From a virus (lineage: Duplodnaviria > Caudoviricetes): a stretch of 51,112 nucleotides of DNA. The notes beneath the pieces were generated by a model. It was not told the DNA's origin. It saw only the letters and a program-made list of their open reading frames with translations, and did not search any database. Positions 27,731 to 37,386 of the stretch are shown one piece after another (positions within the stretch are counted from its first letter, which is position 1; each line of letters starts with the position of its first letter). Made by a program: the position numbers and the translations under genes. Location of the stretch: IMG/VR virus record IMGVR_UViG_3300027798_000058, positions 1-51,112 of that record, one strand, 5' to 3'.

Positions 27731-29364
27731 TAGAATCCTTCATCATCTCCAATCTGGCCACCATTCTCATAGGTCTCTGCCTCTTCGGGGTCTAGCTCTG
27801 TGAGACGGGCAGTGTCCTTGTTGTACCATAGGTAACACGCAGGTCCAGTATACCCGCAGAACCTATTCTTTTCCACCGTAATCTTAGTGATGTTACGGCG
27901 CCACTCAGATGGGTCAATCTTATCTCGCTGTAATCGAATAACGATATTAGCCAGTTGCTCGACACCTGCCGTGCCCCTAATCTGACCCTGTCTATTCGTA
28001 TGTATGACAGCAATGACGGCGATGTCCAGCTCCATCGTGAGCGTCTTGAGCTTGGTTGCAATTTCATCTAGCTGCTTTCTTTCGTCACCAGATTGGTCCG
28101 AGACAACAATAGAAAGATGGTCAAGGACAATATATTTGCACCCAAGAGCAGCCATATGTCTAACCTTGTCAATAACTTTATCGACAGAGTTGCTACCAAA
28201 ATGGTCCCAAAGAACAAGGCGGTTGTGGTTAACCACGTCATCAAAAGCTTGCTTAAGCTCAGCTTCATTCCTTTCAACACCTGGAATGTGGTACGGAATG
28301 CGATTGTGGATACTAAGGAGGCCAAGAGTAGTATCGCCATTAGGTTCTTCAAGATGTAATAGTCCAACACCATATCCTTTTTCAATAACTTCAGGGTTCA
28401 TTAGAAGACTGTGTTCAATGTGCTTGAGCAGGGCAGTCTTACCAACCCCTGTATCAGCAGTAACAATGACCATCTCTGAGAGACGGATACCGAATGTCAA
28501 ATCGTTAAGCCCCTTGAACGGGTACTGTACAGTAAAGGAAGACTTGCGATTGATAGTCTCCTCCCACATGTCCGAGCCTAGCTTAAGACCATCGGGCTTG
28601 TAGGTTGGCGCTTGCCACCACTCCTTAGTGAACTCATCAGAGATGCCGTTGAGTAGGTAGTCATTGGCATCCTTGTACTTACGCAGGTTTAAAACCTTTA
28701 CCTTACCAAGAGGAAAGGCAATGCTAGACACAGCTTTGGCTGCTTTTTTTCCTGCATCATCGCCGTCAAAACAAATGACAATCGTCTCAAAAGAATTAAG
28801 GTATTCGAAATCACGCCGAACATCTGCCTCGGCAGTGGTTGCATTGTGTACTGATACCACGGGATACTTAGAGCCCATGATTTGATAGGCAGCGAGTGCG
28901 TCGTCTTGTCCCTCCACAATAGTGATTGCCTTGGCACAGGCAGGCGGAAATGAGAACTTACCAAACAACCCAGCCCCATCCATAGACCCCTCAACAGAGA
29001 AGCCCTTGTTCTTGTAACGTACCTTGTTACCTATGTGCTCACCTGTCTCGGCATTAAACAGGGGGTACTTGGCCTCGAAGTTATCTCCGTCATGACCGGC
29101 GTGTACTTTGTATCGTTGAAGGGTGTCCTTAACAAACCCTCTCTCAGTGAATGGGCGAAAGACTTCCGTAATAGGGGTAAACGGTTTTACTTTAGTCTCT
29201 TTTGCTGCTGCTGTATCTTCATTGTCTGCTATCATATCTGCTTTCTCTGGAGGAATCCGTACGCCACACGAAAAACATTTGCCCCATCCGTTACTCTGGA
29301 TACTGTATGCATCTGTTGATGAACACTTAGGGCAGGGCAAGTGGCTCTGTTTCACTGGTCTCAT
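27730..29364 (-). CDS. T7 gp4-like primase-helicase
   Basis: CPKC...CFSC Zn finger; TOPRIM EG..D, D.D.AG and KDAND; helicase TGVGKT, LDHLS and KNRF.G.TG. Confidence 0.95.
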   Translation of the reverse strand: MRPVKQSHLPCPKCSSTDAYSIQSNGWGKCFSCGVRIPPEKADMIADNEDTAAAKETKVKPFTPITEVFRPFTERGFVKDTLQRYKVHAGHDGDNFEAKYPLFNAETGEHIGNKVRYKNKGFSVEGSMDGAGLFGKFSFPPACAKAITIVEGQDDALAAYQIMGSKYPVVSVHNATTAEADVRRDFEYLNSFETIVICFDGDDAGKKAAKAVSSIAFPLGKVKVLNLRKYKDANDYLLNGISDEFTKEWWQAPTYKPDGLKLGSDMWEETINRKSSFTVQYPFKGLNDLTFGIRLSEMVIVTADTGVGKTALLKHIEHSLLMNPEVIEKGYGVGLLHLEEPNGDTTLGLLSIHNRIPYHIPGVERNEAELKQAFDDVVNHNRLVLWDHFGSNSVDKVIDKVRHMAALGCKYIVLDHLSIVVSDQSGDERKQLDEIATKLKTLTMELDIAVIAVIHTNRQGQIRGTAGVEQLANIVIRLQRDKIDPSEWRRNITKITVEKNRFCGYTGPACYLWYNKDTARLTELDPEEAETYENGGQIGDDEGF

Positions 29365-29423
29365 ATGTATGTTGTTCCTTATACAGCATGGGTATATCTA
29401 ACCTCGCTGTATCCTGTAAGAAT

Positions 29424-29452
29424 ATTATACCGTGTATCGGACAGATTGTCAA
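29424..29452 (-). promoter_or_regulatory. sigma70 consensus promoter for primase-helicase/PolA
   Basis: TTGACA-ATCTGTCCGATACACGG-TATAAT (17-bp spacer). Confidence 0.85.
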
Positions 29453-29661
29453 GAAGTTTCTGGCTCCATGTCTATAGCGTCTTGACATTGCGTGTATAAA
29501 ATAGCAAACTCTAGCTGCTCGTCAATAATACTTTCATCATCATGACTGAACACATCGCCTATAACCTCGAGGCATGTGCCGCAAGGGTCAAAGTCCCCGT
29601 GGTCACGATTAATCTGTACCTCTTTCTCACCAAGGGTGGTGTTACAAATATGGCATCTCAT
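29449..29661 (-). CDS. small Zn-finger protein
   Basis: MRCHIC...CGTC; ATGA overlap with the ATP-grasp gene. Confidence 0.7.
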   Translation of the reverse strand: MRCHICNTTLGEKEVQINRDHGDFDPCGTCLEVIGDVFSHDDESIIDEQLEFAILYTQCQDAIDMEPETS

Positions 29662-30392
29662 AAATAATACTCCTTGAAATAATTAGCGTAATCAATAACT
29701 GTCTGACCCTCAAGGCCAGGTGCTGTGTTAACTTCTAGTACAGTGGCCAACTCATAGTGATTGTTCCAAACAATATCAACAGCGCCGAAGTCAAGGCCAA
29801 GGGCCCGCACTGCCAGCATACTCTGCTCAATGACTTGCTCGGGCGGGTTGACATCACCCCGTACATAGACATAGCCCGTGCCATGATTACGAACACGAGT
29901 ATCGGTAGCGGGTTGCCCAGCCCTGATACCCTTGCGTTGCATGCCGATGATGCCGTGCATACCTATGTGTATACGATACTCATCGCGCTTCTTCATATAC
30001 TTTACATACAGGGGTGCGTTGACAAGGTCGTCTCTAGTGTCAGCAATAACAATACCAGCACCACTGTGCCCATTGAGAATGGTGCGGCAAACAACAGGGA
30101 ATGCTTCGTCGGGTATGTCATCTCGGTTAGTCCAGAACGGGGGGATTTGAACACCCCTATTAGACAGGCAAACAAACGATTCAAGTTTATCGGCGGCAAT
30201 GCGTACATTATAGGGGTTGTTAATCATGTTGGGGTAGTTGGCTTGAGCAGATGACCCCCAGTTAATGATGGTATCGCGCCGACGAGGGCGGTAGCGTGAC
30301 CCCTGTAGGTATAGCACTCGGCCCCGAAGAGCGCGAGACAGGGTATGCGCGGACTTACTACCCTGCTTGTACGGGTATATTTTAACTGACAT
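29658..30392 (-). CDS. ATP-grasp peptide ligase (phiEco32-like)
   Basis: IINWG, GHSGAGI, EYRIH, LGLDFGAVD and LEVNTAPGL motifs. Confidence 0.9.
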   Translation of the reverse strand: MSVKIYPYKQGSKSAHTLSRALRGRVLYLQGSRYRPRRRDTIINWGSSAQANYPNMINNPYNVRIAADKLESFVCLSNRGVQIPPFWTNRDDIPDEAFPVVCRTILNGHSGAGIVIADTRDDLVNAPLYVKYMKKRDEYRIHIGMHGIIGMQRKGIRAGQPATDTRVRNHGTGYVYVRGDVNPPEQVIEQSMLAVRALGLDFGAVDIVWNNHYELATVLEVNTAPGLEGQTVIDYANYFKEYYL

Positions 30393-30491
30393 TTTACTGT
30401 CCTCTCTCTCTGTCTATGTCTTCTTGCTGGAACCTAAGAATCAAATCGTATAAGTCTCGGTCTAACTCTCGCTCAACGCCGTTGCCGTCTA

Positions 30492-31511
30492 CTAGAAAGT
30501 CTCTCTCCCTCTGTGATTGAAAGGGTTAGGGACGTATGCTTTGTTGATTAGTCCATCCCACTCATGCCAAGGAAACTCGAAGCACAATGGCTGCACAATG
30601 TGGAACGATTCCATGCAGCCTTGGTTGAAGTCGCGCTCGAACTGGTCGCCCACAATCTCCTCACAAAAAGAGGTGAGGCACTCATCCTGACGGCAGATGT
30701 TCTCAAGCATAAGCCGAGCGCCCTGCTCAGAGATGTCGTATGCAATCTGATTGGGATTATTATAGTTGTTGACAGCGTATTTAACTAGGTAATGCAAGAA
30801 CTTAGCCCACACTATAGCCTTCTCAGGGTCGTTAGGTTCTTGGCCACAGCGAAACTCGAACGAACCAAAGCGCCACAAAGTAAGGACATTGAGCGCTGAA
30901 TACTTACCCCCCTCCTCGCGCGGCGTCTGGCCGTGACGTAATAGCGTCTTCCATAAATTGAGTGTGGTGTTGCTGTCCTTGAACCCAAGACAGAAGTGAT
31001 TGCGAGTACGGTTAACCCCGTGCCACTTGATGAGTTGCTCCTCAAACACAGCCCACAGGATGAGGATAGATGTCAGCACATTGATACGCTGTGCACCTAC
31101 GTTGATGTGTACGTGTGTCGAGCAACGATTGCTGTTCTCTACCTTGGAACCAGCGGTATCCAGCTTCTCGAACAACCCATTAACAAGACTGTCTACCTCG
31201 TCAACTGCACAAGGGGTTGACAGGACATACTCTATACCGCCGTTACGCAGTGAGCCGTCAGGCTTAGCCTGCCACCGTGCTCCAGTGATAGGGCCAGCCA
31301 CATCAAACAAGTCGCCGCTGTTAGCGATAAGTCCACGGCCCTCCATCTCTAGCTCAAGACCGATAGTGCCGAGAGGTACGTTGCCTGTGTAGATAGGGCG
31401 GTTAAGGGCTAGGCCAGGGACGCCTGGCTTCTTGGCAAATGCCTTGCGATACTTAGTGAAGAACTCTTTGTTAGCCTCAGACATTGTATCAATACTCCTG
31501 TATATTGTCAA
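30492..31511 (-). CDS. putative amidoligase (Amidoligase_2-like, glutamine synthetase fold)
   Basis: GLELE.E, DGSLR..G.E, RCSTHVH.N, KYSALN and GSFEFR motifs. Start may be 31484. Confidence 0.85.
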   Translation of the reverse strand: MTIYRSIDTMSEANKEFFTKYRKAFAKKPGVPGLALNRPIYTGNVPLGTIGLELEMEGRGLIANSGDLFDVAGPITGARWQAKPDGSLRNGGIEYVLSTPCAVDEVDSLVNGLFEKLDTAGSKVENSNRCSTHVHINVGAQRINVLTSILILWAVFEEQLIKWHGVNRTRNHFCLGFKDSNTTLNLWKTLLRHGQTPREEGGKYSALNVLTLWRFGSFEFRCGQEPNDPEKAIVWAKFLHYLVKYAVNNYNNPNQIAYDISEQGARLMLENICRQDECLTSFCEEIVGDQFERDFNQGCMESFHIVQPLCFEFPWHEWDGLINKAYVPNPFNHRGRETF

Positions 31512-32154
31512 GCGTAAACTTAGGGTCTTTCATAATCTCTTCCCGATAGTACTTGAACTTCTCGAGAAGGTTAAGAGAGTTAGCGTTAGTAAAGATACCT
31601 ATACGTTCTGTCTCACGATACAGCCAGCGCAACCCAAGGTCGTCACGATACACTGCAAACTTACGAGAGAAACCAAGAGCGCTGCCCTCCTGTACGTTGA
31701 GGAGCACGTCACCTAGTGGTGGGTAGCTGTCATTGCACAGGTCTACGAAAGCCTCTGTGTCGTATACGTAATCCCACGCACGTTCGAACTGAGTGGTGGA
31801 GTAAGCTGGTGCATTGTAGAAAAAGTCTGCCCGTACATTAGTGGCATTAAGTCCGTGTAACCTAGTACGGGTAGCCCTGCGGTACAACAGGATAGCCCCG
31901 TACTTGTGGTTATTCAGCCAACCCAAGGTAGGTAGGTCGCGGAACTTATTGAACTTGGGAGAGTCAAGACGCTTACGCTGCCGCTTGCCATCGGGGTCAC
32001 CGCAGAAGGTGATGTTGGCACGGGGTATGCTGTCGTCAAAGTCTTCGCCATTCTCAATGTCGTGCACATATACGGGTAGGCTGTCGTACATAACGACAGT
32101 GCCTGCCAAACGCTCACGCGCTTGGATAGTGTCAGTCCAAAAGATATCTAGCAT
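31489..32154 (-). CDS. hypothetical protein of the peptide-ligase cluster
   Basis: LGW.N.......R...R....GL pattern; GGAG RBS before ATG at 32154. Confidence 0.65.
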   Translation of the reverse strand: MLDIFWTDTIQARERLAGTVVMYDSLPVYVHDIENGEDFDDSIPRANITFCGDPDGKRQRKRLDSPKFNKFRDLPTLGWLNNHKYGAILLYRRATRTRLHGLNATNVRADFFYNAPAYSTTQFERAWDYVYDTEAFVDLCNDSYPPLGDVLLNVQEGSALGFSRKFAVYRDDLGLRWLYRETERIGIFTNANSLNLLEKFKYYREEIMKDPKFTLDNIQEY

Positions 32155-32159
32155 GTTGC

Positions 32160-33032
32160 TTACTCCGTTGCTAAGCGAGGGTCTTTGCGAACTCTTGACC
32201 ACGGCCCACCCCAGCGGCCCAGCAATCTGTCCACTGCCAGCTCGGCAGTCATGTAGTCACCTGTATTGATGACCTCTTGTATACGTGCCTCAGTTAAGCC
32301 AATGACATCCTCAACTGTGCGGGCAGACCGCATCTTTTGAATAGCGGAATTGACAAGAGAGTACATGCACTCGCGGCGGTCACGATTAACAATCCAAGCA
32401 TTAGAAGGGGTGCGATACTCAACGCCGTATGGTTTGTAACGACACGCACCGGCCTTGCCGTACATCTCGCGGCGTCGAGGGTCGCGGTCAATGAACGTCA
32501 TAAACATACCGACAGTGGCATCCAACATCTTGATGAAGCCGTTGCAAATCTCGCGGTGTTCCTCGTTATCCGTAGGAATGTCAGCGCCCCAACCTACGTG
32601 AACGTGACCCGCTGCAGTACGGAAAGGACGAGTGCCGTCAGGACGGGGGTTCTCCTCGCCAGTGTACGCATTGAAGTCAGGGTCACAACCCAACTCAAGG
32701 GCAGCGGCAGGTTGGTTGGCCAGATACTTTTCAGAGAAATCTTGAGTCGGCTGGATAGCAAACGTATACTTCTTAGTCGTATTATTCTGAGCTACTCGCT
32801 TCTTCATCTCCTCAATAGTATTGATGATGTTCCTGTTGAACTGGTCGAAGGCGTAGGAGGTAGACACAGGGTCGATGTTAAACTCCAGCGCCATACCATC
32901 TACCTGATACGCACCGTTGGCCGTCTTGTGTGGGCTTTCCTTAGTACCCTCGACCATGCCGAAAGCACTGATTGCTTTGCCATTCTCACGCAGAAACAAC
33001 TCGGGGTCTGCGCCAATAGTAAATCCGTTCAT
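32160..33032 (-). CDS. phiEco32-like COOH-NH2 ligase type 2
   Basis: IGADPELF, GTK..P, QVDG.ALEFN, GCDPDFNAY, GHVHVG and RR.MYGKAG..R.KPYGVEYRT.SN motifs. Confidence 0.92.
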   Translation of the reverse strand: MNGFTIGADPELFLRENGKAISAFGMVEGTKESPHKTANGAYQVDGMALEFNIDPVSTSYAFDQFNRNIINTIEEMKKRVAQNNTTKKYTFAIQPTQDFSEKYLANQPAAALELGCDPDFNAYTGEENPRPDGTRPFRTAAGHVHVGWGADIPTDNEEHREICNGFIKMLDATVGMFMTFIDRDPRRREMYGKAGACRYKPYGVEYRTPSNAWIVNRDRRECMYSLVNSAIQKMRSARTVEDVIGLTEARIQEVINTGDYMTAELAVDRLLGRWGGPWSRVRKDPRLATE

Positions 33033-33044
33033 GCTATATACTCC

Positions 33045-34457
33045 TTAATTATACATGCTAAGTTTAATGGGGGTAACACAGGTGGTACAAATAAAATTAT
33101 TTTTATCAATGAACTCATGTACTTCTACTAAGTCACCTACTGGTGAATTGCAGTGGCAGCATACGCCCTTGGTGTTCTCCTCGAACTGCTCCACACTATA
33201 CTCTATCTCCTTAATGTTATCACGAATAAATGTGCCAACTTTCTTAACCTCCCGCACCGACACTGGCATGCGGGATGCTCTCCGCTGTTCGGAAAGGGAC
33301 GCGATGTTTACGAGCGACTTGTTTGATACGTCCGAGTGCCCGCTTTTGTTGGTTGGCGGAGAGCTCTTCGTATTCTTTTGAGGCAGGCAAAGAATTGGTT
33401 TGGGAAATCGAGGCGAGGGTGTCTGTCCCGTCTTGGAATCCAAGCCTCTCGCAGAAGTCTTGATGAAGGAGACGTTGCCAATGCTCGTACTCCCAGACTC
33501 GTCCGCTTTGCCAGTGGTATCCTGGGGGATGAGGTGAGCGGGTGCTCCCTCCGCGTCCCAAGGTATGATGTCGTCTATCTTGTCGTCGAGATTGTCTACC
33601 AGAAAAGGGTTAGCTACCTCTCCTCCCGCTGGCTTCCAGTCCTGACTGCCCTCTACTCGTGTCCATACCTTGGCATAGACGCCCGACATGGGGGCAACAG
33701 GCTCGGGCTTGGGGGGGATAGTCTTGATGGGCTTCATAGTAAGTACAGCCTCATTGACTGCAGCCTTGGCGTTGATAGTGAAAGACCACAGTGAGTGAGG
33801 TTTAATCTGAACATACTTACCCTCGCCATCATCCTTGATGCCATTCCACAAGGCCAGCTTACGCTCGACTGCACTGAACATCCAGACTTCAGAGGCCCAG
33901 AACATCATGTCCATATCTTTAGACCACGTAAACCAGAGAGGGCGCTCGTCATTGCGGATAAAGTTAAGGGTTTTCTTGTTGTCATCCCACCATACGCAGG
34001 CATACGCGCCCTTGACTACGTTGAACGTATTGTCGGGACCATTCTTGGCAAGGTGTCCATACAATACATCACTATCTACCCTGCTAGCACTGTATCCGTC
34101 CAGCTTGTAGTGTTCCCGCAATGTGCCGTTGTGCACACCAACTATGCCATCGTCGGGATAGTCAAAAGGATGTGCGTTCTTAAGGCTGATGTCGCCTACT
34201 GTACGTGAACGAGTGTGCCCAATAAGTGCGACTGCATCTCCACGCTCAATCTCTGACTCATACTTGCGATAGTCAAAGAGATTAGAGGGTGGGCCGACAG
34301 CCTTAACCCATGTGTACGTCTGGTCTGCATCGTTGCGTACCTTAATTACACCAGCACTGTCGCGGCCACGCACTTGGCACACGTCCATCATGTCCTTGAA
34401 CAGCGTATTCTTAGCGGTGTTAGTAATCTTACCCGCCATACCTACTATGCCACACAT
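33045..34457 (-). CDS. class II (Ntn) glutamine amidotransferase with C-terminal Zn finger
   Basis: MCGIVG, RG.DSAG, GHTR, NAHPF, HNGTL and DS motifs; terminal CxxC...CxxC after a low-complexity linker. Confidence 0.9.
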   Translation of the reverse strand: MCGIVGMAGKITNTAKNTLFKDMMDVCQVRGRDSAGVIKVRNDADQTYTWVKAVGPPSNLFDYRKYESEIERGDAVALIGHTRSRTVGDISLKNAHPFDYPDDGIVGVHNGTLREHYKLDGYSASRVDSDVLYGHLAKNGPDNTFNVVKGAYACVWWDDNKKTLNFIRNDERPLWFTWSKDMDMMFWASEVWMFSAVERKLALWNGIKDDGEGKYVQIKPHSLWSFTINAKAAVNEAVLTMKPIKTIPPKPEPVAPMSGVYAKVWTRVEGSQDWKPAGGEVANPFLVDNLDDKIDDIIPWDAEGAPAHLIPQDTTGKADESGSTSIGNVSFIKTSARGLDSKTGQTPSPRFPKPILCLPQKNTKSSPPTNKSGHSDVSNKSLVNIASLSEQRRASRMPVSVREVKKVGTFIRDNIKEIEYSVEQFEENTKGVCCHCNSPVGDLVEVHEFIDKNNFICTTCVTPIKLSMYN

Positions 34458-35227
34458 TAACTAGTCTCCTCTGCTGCCGTAAATAAATCGCTGTCGCCAT
34501 CGTCATCTTCTAGCGCCTCCAAATCAAACAACTCCCACTCAATAACGTGGTCGTACAGTTTGTTCATGCACCATGAACGATAGATGTCAGAGCCCACCTC
34601 GGGGTGGCCTTGAGTAAAGAACGAGCGGTCATCTACATAATAGCCTGCCTCAATCTCCTGCATGGTCTCGCCGTCAGACAAGTCCTCTGTCTGGTCATCG
34701 CACATAAACTTACGAGACACCTGACCAGAGCAGACGGCGGCGATGTCAATGTCCTCGTTCTCAATCAACATCTGGTGATGTATTGAGTTGGTGACAAGAA
34801 CATAGTTGTCCTCGAGGTCAGTGATGTAGTGGTTAGTGCCGCCGTGTCCCTCGACATGCTGCCACAGATGACCGCCATTCATAACGTGAATAAACTGTGC
34901 GCCACGACAGATACCAAACAGTGTCTTGTTGCGCTCGACTGCCTCGACATACACAGCAATCTCAGCGTCATCACGTTCACTAGACCAAGATGTCTCACGT
35001 ATAGGCTGTTGCCCATACAAGGCGGGGTTGACGTCAGCGCCGCCAGAGAACACCACGATGTCAGCGTCCTTGACACTGGTGGCACGGGTCATGCCAGACG
35101 CAGCCATCAGGCCGACAATCTGTGAATAGAACGCACCGCCAGTGACGAACACCTTGCGCCCATTAAAGTTAGGTAAATCAATACGTTCCCATGAACGGGG
35201 CGCTTGAGGTTTAATTGGAGGGGGCAT
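34457..35227 (-). CDS. class I glutamine amidotransferase / peptidase C26 (gamma-glutamyl hydrolase-like)
   Basis: GGADV.P.LYG, GICRGAQ (nucleophile Cys), NSIHHQ and QGHPE motifs. Confidence 0.88.
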   Translation of the reverse strand: MPPPIKPQAPRSWERIDLPNFNGRKVFVTGGAFYSQIVGLMAASGMTRATSVKDADIVVFSGGADVNPALYGQQPIRETSWSSERDDAEIAVYVEAVERNKTLFGICRGAQFIHVMNGGHLWQHVEGHGGTNHYITDLEDNYVLVTNSIHHQMLIENEDIDIAAVCSGQVSRKFMCDDQTEDLSDGETMQEIEAGYYVDDRSFFTQGHPEVGSDIYRSWCMNKLYDHVIEWELFDLEALEDDDGDSDLFTAAEETS

Positions 35228-36173
35228 TATAGAACATACCTTTCTCTTTCATATAAGGAATTACTACCTTGAAATACTCTTGATACGTAACCTCATCCGG
35301 CTTACGCAGCAGTACACGATTGTGAACAAACGGATTAGGTGGGCGGTATGAGTCAATCGACGAGTCCTCGTTACGAAAAATAGATAGTCGCTTGCGGAAC
35401 TCTTTGTCGTCAGCAATCAGGTCTTTGACAAAGTTTTCAGTATATCCTACCACGACAGGGCCTTGAAACAAATCGTGACAACCATACACTGACTTGCTGC
35501 GGCGATAGGTCAAGGTGCTGTAAGATTGCTGGCCCAAGTCACCCGCACAGAAGCGCTTCATACTCTCCATGTTAAGCAAATATGTGCTGGTGTGGAATGT
35601 GCGAGTCGTCACTATGTAGTCGTCGGGAAACTCTTGACTCATGCCGCCGGTCACACACATACATACCTGATAGGCAAAGTGAGGGTCAAACCCATCGTCA
35701 ACCAACTCTTTCCACTTGTTGAACTGCGTAACGCTGCGCTCGGAAAATGCGCGAGAGAATATCATAATCATCTGGAACAAGGGCTGCATAACATCAGACG
35801 ATACAATGATACCATTGTCAGCCACCCATTCGAGAGTGCGGTGCTCTGGCTTATTGACAATGAAGCGTGAAGCGAACGACTCGTTCAACATCCAATCAAG
35901 AAACTGCCATGCCGCAGCACACTCCTGCATCTTGTAGCGGGTAAGCGCAATCTCTGTGCCAACCAGAGCCACATCGTCTACCTTGTTATATCCAAGGGAA
36001 GCATGACAGGCTGCGTTAGGATTGACGGAAGAATTGGCGTTAAGCCCGACAATAATGTACTTGGTACAGCACATGTACTCCCTCTCCATCTCCTTGTCGA
36101 AAAACTTTATACACCTATCGTACTGCTTGTCTGTAAATTGAGGGTCAAACTCAAGGTCTTTTATCAATGCCAT
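35211..36173 (-). CDS. hypothetical protein, first gene of the peptide-ligase cluster
   Basis: 320-aa ORF with a GGAG RBS, overlapping the next gene; no family recognised. Confidence 0.7.
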   Translation of the reverse strand: MALIKDLEFDPQFTDKQYDRCIKFFDKEMEREYMCCTKYIIVGLNANSSVNPNAACHASLGYNKVDDVALVGTEIALTRYKMQECAAAWQFLDWMLNESFASRFIVNKPEHRTLEWVADNGIIVSSDVMQPLFQMIMIFSRAFSERSVTQFNKWKELVDDGFDPHFAYQVCMCVTGGMSQEFPDDYIVTTRTFHTSTYLLNMESMKRFCAGDLGQQSYSTLTYRRSKSVYGCHDLFQGPVVVGYTENFVKDLIADDKEFRKRLSIFRNEDSSIDSYRPPNPFVHNRVLLRKPDEVTYQEYFKVVIPYMKEKGMFYNAPSN

Positions 36174-36201
36174 GATTAGATACTCCAGTTAATTAAAAGG
36201 T

Positions 36202-36270
36202 TGGGGGTAGAGGGAGTCAAACCCTCACAACTGCTCGACCGAGGCTCACGTTGGCCAACTCAACACCCCC
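36202..36270 (-). ncRNA. tRNA-like element (pseudo-tRNA)
   Basis: Acceptor stem GGGGGTG/TACCCCC plus A; T-arm GAGGG-TTTGACT-CCCTC; noncanonical D and anticodon regions; no encoded CCA. Confidence 0.5.
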
Positions 36271-36333
36271 CTAAAACAGCCGTGTTACGGACTGTAAAAG
36301 ATTGTTCAATAACATAGGGTTATACGATTTATC

Positions 36334-36362
36334 TTGACAACTAGTGCAAAGTGTGGTATAAT
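36334..36362 (+). promoter_or_regulatory. sigma70 consensus promoter, antisense to the surrounding genes
   Basis: TTGACA-ACTAGTGCAAAGTGTGG-TATAAT with a 17-bp spacer and extended -10. Confidence 0.8.
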
Positions 36363-36393
36363 ACTATTATAGTAGTACGCCCCGGTTAATACA

Positions 36394-36939
36394 CTATATA
36401 CCTACCTCCCGAATAAGGGTGTAGAAGGCAGGACGATAACGTCTGGTAAACAAAGGCCGCTGTTTATCTAGATGCAGCCATTTGTTAGACATACACAACT
36501 GATAGTCATGAAAGACTGATATACCAGAACGCTGACCAGATGAATTGAAATTGAATATAAGTGGTAAGTCATCTACTGGATACCGCTCGTCAAGGACAGC
36601 AGCAGCAACATCAAGAATCTCAACACACTTATGGGTATGGAAACGATTGTCGTCGAGCAGGGACTTATCCTTGCGGCGAGTATTGTATCTGTACGCATAC
36701 TCATCAGCCAGTGCATACCCATGCTCGAGCATCCAAGAGAACGCTAGACGGGACGAACGAGTCCAGACAGCGCAAGGGTGGTTGACATGGGTATTTTTGT
36801 ATACACCGTCTGTCTGACCACGTGAACGCAACGCTGTGGAGAGCAACTGAGCAGTCTCGAGCAGCATTTTATTTACACGCTTATCGTCTAGGGATATCGC
36901 GCACAACTGTGGGCATGGTGACGTTAGGAATATGTTCAT
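36394..36939 (-). CDS. pyrimidine-dimer DNA glycosylase-like protein (DenV-related family)
   Basis: MNIF....P..CA..L.DK.V.KM.LE.AQLLS, YK.TH.NHPC.VW and EY.YRY...HKC motifs; GGAGG RBS. Confidence 0.8.
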   Translation of the reverse strand: MNIFLTSPCPQLCAISLDDKRVNKMLLETAQLLSTALRSRGQTDGVYKNTHVNHPCAVWTRSSRLAFSWMLEHGYALADEYAYRYNTRRKDKSLLDDNRFHTHKCVEILDVAAAVLDERYPVDDLPLIFNFNSSGQRSGISVFHDYQLCMSNKWLHLDKQRPLFTRRYRPAFYTLIREVGI

Positions 36940-37059
36940 TAAGTAATTGCCTCCGAGAGTCCGTATCGCGGACGATACGTCTCTCACTAAAGGTTAGACC
37001 ATTGGCTCCCGTTAAGGGCCACACAGAATCAGACGAACGCCTTAGGGGTATCTGCCATC

Positions 37060-37263
37060 TCATATGAACACGCCCCTACCATTGGGGTTTTTGGGGTTCA
37101 CCTTATAGGTGCGAAGTGACATCTTAGGATTTACCTTCATATTTTCATAGGCAAAACCCAAGTGCTTGAGGTATCCCTCTCTGGTAGTCACGCCCTGCTT
37201 CTCGAGATGCTTGGCAAAAGAGAAAGCATTGCGAGAGCGTATATGCGTCTTAATAAAAGCCAT
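37060..37263 (-). CDS. small basic early hypothetical protein
   Basis: AAGG upstream; Lys/Arg-rich ORF. Confidence 0.55.
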   Translation of the reverse strand: MAFIKTHIRSRNAFSFAKHLEKQGVTTREGYLKHLGFAYENMKVNPKMSLRTYKVNPKNPNGRGVFI

Positions 37264-37386
37264 ACAGCAAACCTTTCATACAGAGGGGGAAGATAACCCT
37301 CTATCGAATATTGCCTGTGCGAGGGGACTTACAAGCAATACTCGATAAAAGGTAGGCAGTTTTGCACCATGCCTAGGGTGTCGTAG

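Noticed and set aside
30394-30520. Alternative-frame extension after the amidoligase stop (…LVDGNGVERELDRDLYDLILRFQQEDIDRERGQ*)
   Set aside because: No clear start codon or slippery site; cannot be told apart from chance without homologues.
36202-36270. Functional canonical tRNA or tmRNA
   Set aside because: No 7-nt anticodon loop, no standard D-arm and no tag ORF; kept only as tRNA-like.
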